Shown piece by piece: positions 22,501-31,496 of a DNA stretch of 44,764 nt (the stretch's first letter is position 1; each line of letters begins with the position of its first letter). A model generated the notes under the pieces. The model did no database searches. It saw only the letters and a list, made by a program, of their open reading frames with translations, and was not told the origin of the DNA. The position numbers and the translations under genes are program-made. The stretch is from Amoebophrya sp. A120 (taxonomy: Eukaryota; Protista; Dinoflagellata): the NCBI GenBank assembly GCA_905178155.1, contig CAJINV010000023.1, positions 83,228 through 127,991 on the forward strand. Direction: 5' to 3'.

Positions 22501-22654
22501 TGAACCAGACAGGGGCGCAGTTTTGCGTTGCTTTTCCTGTTCTGTGTTTGACATGCTGGGTTTTCAGGGACTTGCGCCCCTGCCGATGGTAGCTTGATTG
22601 TGATTTGCCGAGGGTGATTGGAGCTACTGTTTCGCTCTGCCTTAGGCCGATTTA

Positions 22655-23345
22655 TTTCATCCTGATTTCTCCCGTTCTGGAGAGGGAGAGAAGTTTATTT
22701 TCAGTCCTAGTTTCGGACTATGGTTGCTCTCTCCTGATTTCTCCCGGTCCGGAGAGGGAGAGTGAGTTTATTTCCAGTCCTAGTTTCGGGCTAGGTTGGA
22801 TTTCTCCTGATTTCTCCCGTTCCGGAGAGGGAGACGATGTTTATTTCCAGTCCTAGTTTCAGACTAGGTTGGCTTTCTCCTGATTTCTCCCGTTCCGGAG
22901 AGGGAGCGAGAGTTTGTTTCCAGTCCTAGTTTCGGACTAGGTTGGCTTTGGATTTCCATTGATTTCTCCCGTTCCGGAGAGGGAGAGCGAATTTATTTCC
23001 AGTCCCAGTTTCGGACTAGGTTGCATCTCTCCTGGTTTCTCCGGTTCCGGAGATGGAGTGAGGTTATTTCCAGTCCTATTTTCGGACCGTGTTTGATTTC
23101 TCCTATTTTCTGAGGGAGGATTTTATTTTCGTCCTAGCCTCGGACTATGTTGATTTCTCGCGCTTTATATGTTCCGTTCTGGAGAGGGGACTTTATTTCT
23201 ACTTCTAGGCCTAGCTTCGGACTAGGTGTGATCTCTCCTGATGTCTAGCGTTCTGTGGAGGGGAAATCTAGTCTCAGTCCTAGTTTTCTCGGACTATGTC
23301 GGGCGTTGGTTGTTTTCTCCCGTTTCTGGAGGGAGAAAGTGTATT
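22655..23345. repeat. Tandem repeat of about 73 bp, about 9 copies decaying rightwards
   Basis: ctgatttctcccgttccggagagggag..tttatttccagtcctagtttcggactaggtt units at 22662, 22734, 22807, 22880, about 22959, 23032 and onward. Confidence 0.9.
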
Positions 23346-23760
23346 TCTATCGCAGACGGAACAATGTCAAACGCAAAAATGGCGTCGACGCTAATTTTCA
23401 AATATCATGCTGAATGCAGGGAAAACGCCGGCGAAAAGCCAATTGAGTATTTTCTTTCCGTAGTGGCGCAGCGTAGGCGTACGCGTACACATAGCAGATT
23501 CTGCATGGACAGAGAGACGCCGATGTGATGTGGCTTGGGTTCCACAAGTTTGAGCAGCTGATAGTGCGGCGTGCACATGAGGAGCACAAGAAGAACTCCT
23601 GACTCGACAGACTCCGAAAGGGGGGATCACTGAGCACCTTCTGCATCAAGATTCTGCATGACATATTTCTACATTGCTTCGTTTGAAGAGATTGTTCCCT
23701 CTGAGTAGGCCTGCATATGCTCTCCCGGCCGAAACCGAACCGACAACGAAACCGCAAGCG

Positions 23761-25912
23761 ATGATCGCAGCTGCAGGTGGTTTATCAAATGCAAAAACGT
23801 CTGGGTCTGGAAACTTGTGATGCTAAAAGTGGATGATAGCCGGACTGCCGTAGGCAGCCAAGCATGACAAATTTTTGAGCTGCTATGTGTTGCGTATTCC
23901 GCATGAGAAACTGCGTTTTTGCATGACAGATGACTTTGTCCAAACTTATTCTACCTAGAGTTTGTCGAGTAAGTGGTTACCGTTTAAAGGTTTAGAGAAC
24001 GACAGGGACGCCCAGCCCTTAGCTTCCCAACATGACAGATAGGAGAGGCTTTTCGTGCCCATGCATCACAGATTCTTGAGTCATGTCAGACATGCATCAC
24101 AAATGTAAGAATCTTCCAGACCCAGACACTTTTGCATTTGATATGGTTCAGCAGCAGCACCGTCTCTACCTTCGCGGCAGCCGACGAAAAACTCGAGCCT
24201 TTTTCTCTCTTGCTCCACCTTGCCGTCGAGCTTCGGGGTGACGGTTTACAATGCGGTGTTCAATCAGCGGCAGATGGACTCCTTCTATTTCTGGCGGTAC
24301 TGCGGGCCGGGGGAAACCAAGAGCCTGATCGACGCGGTGCGGTTTCTGAAAATCTATCCACTGCAAATATGTCTGGGTCTGGAAACTTGTAATGCTGAAT
24401 GGTCATGGTTGAGCGCGCCTTTAAGTGCAGTGCAGCATGACAAATTTTCTTTATTCTTATATACGCTTTCTGTTTCTGATCCTAGTTGGTGCGCATTACA
24501 AACTACGACTTTTCACGACGAAATTGCGGCGCGATTGTTGCTTTTATTCAATTACAGAGTTTCGTCCTGAAATGCTGGACACGCAATACAGATTCAACCT
24601 TTATTCCCGACCCAGACATATTTGCAATGCATAAAGTCAAGGGGTGCTCGATTTCCATGCCGCTGAAGGCCGAGGTGATTCAACATCTTGACGATGTCGA
24701 TCCGGAAGCCCGGGCGGTGAACAGTGTGAACACTGTGGTGCGTTCGGAATCGCCCGAAGCGGATGGCCCCGCAAGGCTGATCGGGTACAACACGGATCTG
24801 ATGGGGTTTCGCGAAATGTTCCAAAAGGTTGGTCGGGACAACGAATTCTTTTCGACGACCGCGGACGGCGGCGGGGATGAGATATTGCAGCGCGACGTCA
24901 ACGTGTTGATCTACGGCAGCGGGAGTGTGACCGACAGCATCCTCCACGTGTTGCTGACTATCAGATGCAAATATGTCAGGGTCTGGATGGAATGGAACTT
25001 GTGATGTTCTGCGTCAGTCTCCGAAAAATCTGTAATGCATGAGTAGCAAATTATGAATTGAAGTTGTGCACTTTATTTTGTTTTGCTTTTCGTTTCATTT
25101 CTTGGCCGCCCTGAGAGAAAATTGCTCATGCGGAATGGGCAGTGCAAAGCTGTCGCAAAACGTGTAATGCTGCGCCCTGCAACCAATCCAAGCAAAGCCA
25201 GACCCTCCGGGGCATATAATGCCTGCGTGACTCTGGCTCTTCCCGACCCAGACATAGTTGCATTGGATGCTGACCCTGCAGCAGCAACTGCAGACTCATT
25301 CCGTCGGAAATCCCCAGAAAAAACTCGCTCTGTTCCTCACCGCACGGGACCGCGAGAAGGCCGCTGCCAAGGCAAAGGCGTGGGCATCCGAAGCAGGGGA
25401 GGTCGAGGTCGTGGAATTACCCGAAGTAGATGTAGTTGCGGATACAACCGCCGTCAAAGCGTCGACGCGGCAATACCAGGTTCTCATCAACGCGACACCG
25501 ATGTCGCTCACCGCGCCACTCCCGCCTGCGATCACCACCTTGCTGACCTCGGCGTGCTCCGAATCGGACTGCACGTTGAATGTGTTGGACCTCGTCGTGC
25601 CGGAAAAACAGAACCACCTAAAAGCCTTTTGCGAGGATTCTCCCCCGCCGTCGGGGGCGCGAGGAGGCAACCTGCGATACTACGGGGGATTTTTGATGTA
25701 CCAGTTTCAGGTGTGCAAACTATCCAGGAAAAAACACCCACCCCCATCCATTTTTTGCATGACAAACAAAGGAGTTTTATGCATGTTTTGTATGACAAAT
25801 TGGATGGGGATGGGTGTTTTTTCCTGGATACAAACAGTTCGAACTTTACACGGGCCAGAAACTCACACCCAAGGAGGTGCGCGAGATTTGCGCAAGCAGG
25901 GGGTTGCCGTAG
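23761..25912 (+). CDS. Shikimate dehydrogenase family protein (AroE fold, SdhL/HI0607-like), about 356 aa, 5 exons
   Basis: Exons 23761-23782, 24149-24354, 24639-24958, 25275-25720, 25836-25912 (1071 nt, in frame). Motifs: LFLSCSTLPSSFGVTVYN, GCSISMPLK (catalytic Lys), SVNTVV, GYNTD, VLIYGSG, LINATP, QFELYTGQ. Start codon uncertain. Confidence 0.9.
23783..24143. mobile_element. Introner-like TIR element, family G, with a small internal insert
   Basis: Family G TIRs; perfect TSD tggtt; catgacagat duplicated at 23922 and 24031. Confidence 0.95.
24355..24633. mobile_element. Introner-like TIR element, family G
   Basis: Family G TIRs; TSD aaatc/aagtc; removal joins VRFLK(I/V) to KGCSISMPLK. Confidence 0.95.
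24959..25269. mobile_element. Introner-like TIR element, family G
   Basis: Family G TIRs, right end GATG instead of GATA; perfect TSD ctgac. Confidence 0.95.
25721..25830. mobile_element. Introner-like TIR element, family H (110 bp)
   Basis: TATCCAGGAAAAAACACCCACCCCCATCCA...TGGATGGGGATGGGTGTTTTTTCCTGGATA, near-perfect TIR; perfect TSD caaac. Confidence 0.97.
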
Positions 25913-25915
25913 TTT

Positions 25916-26064
25916 TATCCTTGCAAAAGTATCGTACTCGTAGTAATTGCACTTATGCATTACAAATCTTTTTCCTAAGGTCAATCAGCATTACAAATTC
26001 CATTTCTCATGCTGAGGAAATTTGTCATGCAACTTACACTAGTACGATACTTTTGCAATGCATA
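25916..26064. mobile_element. Family B element at the duplication junction, with non-matching flanks
   Basis: Intact family B TIRs but flanks agttt/ggatt; right flank starts the duplicated exon block. Confidence 0.9.
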
Positions 26065-26098
26065 GGATTTTTGATGTACCAATTTCAGGTGTGCAAAC

Positions 26099-26313
26099 TA
26101 TCCAAGAAAAAAACTGTGTTAGTGTAACTTTCTGTGGCTGACAGCATCACAGATTTCCTCTACATGATAGAGAGAACCTGTCATGTGTGGCTTGTAAGGC
26201 AAAACACACATGGAAAAAGGACTTCATGGCTGTTTGGCATGACAGGCGTAAAAACTCTCTTGCATGTTCTGCATTACAACAAAGTTACACTTACACAGCT
26301 TTTTTCTTGCATA
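26099..26313. mobile_element. Introner-like TIR element, family F
   Basis: TATCCAAGAAAAAAACTGTGTTAGTGTAACTTT...AAAGTTACACTTACACAGCTTTTTTCTTGCATA; perfect TSD caaac. Confidence 0.95.
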
Positions 26314-26388
26314 CAAACAGTTTGAACTCTACACGGGCCAGAAACTCACACCCAAGGAGGTGCGCGAGATTTGCGCAAGCAGGGGGTT

Positions 26389-26537
26389 TATCCTGTGCAA
26401 AAGTATCGTACTCGTAGTAATTGCAAACATGCATTACAAATTTCTTTCTCAAGTCAAATCCGCATTACAAATTTTTTTTTCATGCTGAGGAAATTTCTCA
26501 TGCGATTTATACTAGTACGATGCTTTTGCATTTCATA
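26389..26537. mobile_element. Introner-like TIR element, family B
   Basis: Family B TIRs; perfect TSD gggtt; site is empty in the first exon copy (25901-25905). Confidence 0.95.
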
Positions 26538-27049
26538 GGGTTGCCGTAGTGCTAGTGGTGATTGTAAGTACGCATTATGGACAGAGTACTTCTGATGCTC
26601 AAAGCCAAATCATGTGAGAGTATAGCTGCACGACAACTCTCCCCTCACTCGTCTGAAGTCTCCAGCCTGTAAGTCCAACAAGGATCCTAAGCACCAGTAG
26701 CGATAAATTGCGTCAAATACAGCTACTGTAGAGTGCTGTTGGATAAAGGACTTGATTTGATTAAGTCATTCGTTTTTTAGACTACGGAGACGGACATTTG
26801 ACGCGGACGATGTGCCAGAGATCTACAGGAAAACGTTGGGGATGCTGTGTGCTGAATAAAATAGGAAACTTTTGATGTGAACTGAAAGCACACGAAGTGT
26901 GCTGCGTTGTCGCCATTGTTCGCCGTCTTCCCGGGTGTGGAGGGAAGCTCCGGCGCGCGCAGTGAGGGCGTGAAGGCTGGAAGACTGCTTTACAGGAAGA
27001 AAATTTCGGGCGAGGATTCGGTTTCTGCCTCACATAATGATAATACCGC

Positions 27050-27700
27050 CGCAGACCGCGAGAACAAAAATCGATGGCTTTTTTTGCTCATCAGGTTCCA
27101 GTCCTTGGAGCCCCTGGTGCCGAGCATTGAGCTTGACTCCGCTCGTGATTCGAGTGCGCTTCTTTTTGCGTTTTGGAGGCAAAAAGCTGGAATGAAAACG
27201 GTTTTTCATATTTTCCTGTAGGATTTCGTTTCACACCATGCCGTCGGGGGCCGCGGAGAGGTTTATGGGTTTTTTTTGCTCATCAGGTTGCAGTCCTTAG
27301 GGCCTCGCGTGTGGATTTTTAGCCCAGATTTCGCCACTGATTCAAATAGCCTCTTTTTTGCGCTTGGGAGCCAAAAGTTGAAACAAAAAATGTTTCTGCT
27401 ATTTCCATGTAGACTTTTGACTTACGCCATACCGCTGTGCTGGGCCGCGGGTACGATTGAGGGCCCTTTCCTCAGCTGGCCGCAGTCCTTTGGGTCTCGG
27501 ATGCCCAGGAGCATCGCACCAGATTCCACTCCTGGTCAAAAAGATTTTTTTTTGCACTTGGGGCGCAATAAAAAGTTGAAATGAAAACGATTTCGCACAT
27601 TTTGGCGTAGCGGTTTGTTGACTTACGTCATACCGCTTTGGTCATCTGGCTGCAGCCCTCTGGGCCTCTGGTGTCGAGTCTTGAATCGGAATACGCTTTA
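27050..27700. repeat. Degenerate tandem repeat of about 190 bp, 3 or more copies
   Basis: tttttgctcatcaggtt(c/g)cagtcctt and related text recur at about 27081, 27273, 27470 and 27650. Confidence 0.7.
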
Positions 27701-28189
27701 TTGGTTTGAAACATTTTTCAAACAAACAGTGATAAGTAGTCAGAAACACAATTGAAACAATGCGAAGCTGCACGCAAAGGCAAGAGCGAGAAAGTCATTG
27801 CAGCCAGGCCACCAAATAAAAATGCGCACCACTCGCACCCTCAAATTAATTCAGTGGCCTGGGCCGCATGTAGTCAAATTCATCCCGACGAACCCTTTAG
27901 GCAGCTTTCAAAATGCGCCTGCTCCTGCAGGAGAACATGAGAAAAGAAACTAAGTACATGACAAGCATCGAGTGAAAGAAGATATTTGGGCAATATGGTC
28001 AAGATCAGGTGGATCACAACTTTCTTGTAGGTTATCATTCTCAGTGTCGCCCATTGCTATACGTAGCCGTCCAGCCCCTGAGACCACAGCGTGCGAGCTG
28101 ATTCTTCGGGGACCATTTCTTTGCGACATCAGTTGCCGTCTTCTCACGAGAAGAAAAAGGTTTTCTGGACGTCTGCCGTTTTCTTTGAG

Positions 28190-28484
28190 TATTGTATCCT
28201 ACGTAAAAACTACGTCCCCACACCATATTCAAGATGGGAGATCTGCGGCACAAATCTCCAAGTTTTGGGAGTTCTGTATGACAAGTTTCCATCTGCAGTG
28301 TAGTGCTGGTTAGCAAGGAAAGCCGCATGAGAAGGCCACTTACTGATGCTGCTTACAGCATCGCAAATTCCAAAACACGGCTGGAAATGCGTCTCAAGGA
28401 GATGCGCATTACAAATCGACTTCGACTCCTGTCATTGCGCATTTGCATGACAACTCTGGGGTGGGGACGTTTTTACACAGGATA
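28190..28484. mobile_element. Introner-like TIR element, family A (probably in a 5' UTR)
   Basis: TIR proper starts at 28195; TSD ttgag at 28185-28189 and 28485-28489. Confidence 0.9.
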
Positions 28485-28548
28485 TTGAGTTCACACTGTT
28501 CTTCTCGGTTTGGTGGACACCAGCGACAGAGCGAACGATCAGGACACG

Positions 28549-29792
28549 ATGGCTATCCTGTGCAAAAGCATCGTACTCGTATTGCAGTCATGCATTACAA
28601 GTCTTTGCTTTAAGGTAAATCCGCATATACAAATTTTCTTTCTCATGCTGAGGAAGTTTGTAATGCATTTATACGAGTGCGATACTTTTGCAATCCATAA
28701 TGGCACAGCACGGACAACCACAACAACCGGACCCGCCTGGCAACGGCCAGCCACAGCCTGCTGCGAACGTCGATGATCCGGCCTTCATGCGGAATTGGCT
28801 TCGGATGGGCCAGGGAGGTGCGCAACACAACCGCCCCGGGGTGGTCGCAATGGAGTATCGCATGATTTGGGAACACTGGTCGCGGCGGGAGGTGCTTATC
28901 TTTGCCGTCTTCTGCCTGATTTTCGGGGTTTGGATTTCCTTTTCACCCCCAGCGCCGGGCCGAGACCTGTACAGAAGTGCTGTGGACGTACGCAGGGGCA
29001 GCGGGTCTGTTCACACGGAAGATGATACTGCCCGGTCCACCACCGTGCCTGCTGCTGTGAAAAATCGCGACGGCAAGAAAAGCACGGACTTGTCCTCGGC
29101 GTCGCCGCTATCATTTTTCCAAACCGAAAGAGATGAAGGTCACGGTCAGCAGCGCGAGAAGATGAAGAAACCTGGGAGCCGTTCTGGAGCTAGTACGGGG
29201 GTCTTACCCTTACGGCTGGAACTGGAGATCTCGATGCCTCCTCGGGGAACCGTATGCAGTGCAAAAATGTCTGGGTCTGGAAGGATCCAAACTTGTCATG
29301 CTGTCTTTGGATTCTAAAAAAATCTGTGTTGCATGACCAGCAAGAGGAGCCCAGATTGTGCTACGTGGAGAGGGGATTTGTCATGCGGAATAGGCAGCAG
29401 GAAGCCTTCCAAAAATCTGTGATGCTAAGTCATGCACTACAGGCATCATGGGTCATGCAGAATATGCATGACAAACCTGGCGATCTTCCAGACGCAGACA
29501 CTTTTGCATTTCATAAACCGCCACTCTAGCGCATTCCAACGCGGCGGATGATACGGGAGGTCACGACGCCACGACTGATCATGGTTCCTACACGTTCGAC
29601 GTGGAGGTGCTGCCACCCGATGCAGCGGAGTCCGCCGCTCTGGAAAATAAACGATATCAGCATGAAAACCGTTGTTCCCACTCCGTGATGAAAAAATTTG
29701 AAGTTTCCTTCTGCTGTAATTTGTATTCGACCTGTATTTTCAGCATAAAAAACACTCCAAGGAGATGCTATCTCAGGCGACAGTACGAATAA
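28549..29792 (+). CDS. Hypothetical single-pass membrane protein, 5' exons; may continue into the 30822-31496 ORF
   Basis: Spliced MAQHGQPQQPDPP..EVLIFAVFCLIFGVWISFSPP (hydrophobic segment)..MPPRGTATLAHSNAADD..; frame restored across elements at 28554 and 29253. Confidence 0.6.
28554..28699. mobile_element. Introner-like TIR element, family B
   Basis: Family B TIRs; perfect TSD atggc. Confidence 0.95.
29253..29515. mobile_element. Introner-like TIR element, family G
   Basis: Family G TIRs; perfect TSD aaccg. Confidence 0.95.
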
Positions 29793-30821
29793 ACACTCTA
29801 GAAATTCAAATTCGCGCCATCTGTTATGTTGCAAGCGCACTGCATGATGCTGCACGTGTCGGCAAAACAAATTCACGATGCGAGGGGCCCAGTAGGTCGC
29901 GGATTTTCTGGACCGACCAGATTTCCACATCTCGGGGCGCTGTCCCCATGGTTTTCGTTAGCTAGACCCGGAAAGCGGGCTCGGGTTTTGTTTTTAGGTC
30001 TCGGGGGGGTTCTGGCCCTGAGCGCGGGCTTTTTGTGGGAACTGTATTGAAGATGAAAGTTATTTTGATCATGCAGGCGCTGCTACAACTTCGAATCTGC
30101 ACTAGAAGCTACTTCGAAAACTTGTATTGGAACTACCGATCAAGATACCCAACTCACAGACCGACTATCGAGCAGGAATCTCGTGGAACTTCTTCGTGGA
30201 GGTCGAGGCGCGCAGCCGAGTCTTCGCCAGGACGAGGAGCTTCGGGTCATGTGCCACCGTTCCCAGGCCGATGCCAGTCCTACCGGAATCCCCCCGTGCG
30301 TTGCGAGATGGGGCCGAGGGAGCGACTAGGAGGTTCTGGTCTCGTCAAGGTCGGGTCGAGTATGCCACTTTTCGGACCGAAGCAGGACGGACTCCGAGAC
30401 CTTAGCCTAGCTAGCTCAAAACATAAGCTACATCATTTAGCTAGTTGTCCGTGGGTTGATATGCATAGTATTAAAAATTGAATACAATTCGACTGCAAAA
30501 ATTGATTTTTTTTCGTCAAAAAATGCATTGAAATTTTAACTAGTGAAAATGTTAATGTTAACATTTGTTTTTTGGATAAATTCAAATTCGCGCCATCTGT
30601 TATGTTGCAAGCGCACTGCATGATGCTGCACGTGTCGGCAAGAGAAATTCACGATGCGGATGACAACTAGAGCGTTCGGACGCAAGAAAGCGACCCAATT
30701 TCAGAAGCAGCGCTTATCATAATATTTTATAAGAGCTGCTTTCCGCACGCGCAACTTCACCCTCAATGAATACAATTATTTACTTTAGCTCTTTCGTCGG
30801 TCCTGCTGCATTCTTGCAGTC

Positions 30822-31496
30822 GTGCAAGACGCCTGCTTTCGGAAACGTTGCAGCAGAAACAGTTGGAACAATTCGGGGCGGGACTCATTTGCTTTTGTCT
30901 CTGATGCGAAACGGGAGTACTCGATGGCAGGGTCCTCTACGGAAGCTGCCAGCCAGAGGCCGGCGCACAAAAAAACTACACCCCGTGCGACGCTTAAGCC
31001 CGATGTCATTGCCAACGAGAGCGATGATCCCCCAGCTCGTCAGCATCTCGTGTCCAGCACCAGCAAGGCACCAGCCGCGGAGCGTGCAGATACGGACGCC
31101 AACCCCGGCGACGGCGGAGCAGAACAAACGGCAACGGAACCAGCTCCCGGACTTCACGCTGGGAACAGCGCAGGAGACGTGGTGCCTGCAGAGGAGGCGC
31201 AGGCCAGTTTCGAATCCGGTGGCGAGCTGGCTCTGGTGAACGATGGAGCGACGGAAGCAAATGCTGAAAAACTAACTGGGTCAACCGGTGGCCACGCTGT
31301 TGGCAAACCGGCTGCAAGAGTGGCAGGGTCAACCGGAGAGCACGGCGCGCAAGACTCCTCCGGCACTGACGCGGCAGGCGGTGCAGAAGCTCGGGACGCT
31401 CACGCTGGGGCGGTGGGGCAGGTACCTGGTATCGAAATGAAAAGTGCCCTGAACCCAGAACGTCGGAGGATTCGTCGCGCAAACTCAAAGATGTGA
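30822..31496 (+). CDS. Probable exon of an Ala/Gly/acidic low-complexity protein
   Basis: 224-codon ORF with composition similar to the other exons; no recognisable domain. Confidence 0.4.
   Translation: MQDACFRKRCSRNSWNNSGRDSFAFVSDAKREYSMAGSSTEAASQRPAHKKTTPRATLKPDVIANESDDPPARQHLVSSTSKAPAAERADTDANPGDGGAEQTATEPAPGLHAGNSAGDVVPAEEAQASFESGGELALVNDGATEANAEKLTGSTGGHAVGKPAARVAGSTGEHGAQDSSGTDAAGGAEARDAHAGAVGQVPGIEMKSALNPERRRIRRANSKM

Larger units (their letters stand above)
26065..26549 (+). other. Second copy of the shikimate dehydrogenase 3' exons (GFLMYQFQVCK-QFELYTGQKLTPKEVREICASRG-LP*)
   Basis: Exonic parts match 25687-25912 apart from 3 synonymous changes; element content differs. Confidence 0.9.

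Noticed and set aside
375-29515. Tc1/mariner-type TA target duplication (elements begin and end with TA)
   Set aside because: Empty-site paralogues show a variable 5-mer outside TAT...ATA is duplicated; the TA belongs to the TIR.
480-29529. Many short ORFs with recurring peptides (ILCKSIVLV, KCKNVWVWK, FPDPDIFA, KNVPTP)
   Set aside because: These are translations of the element TIRs, not protein motifs.
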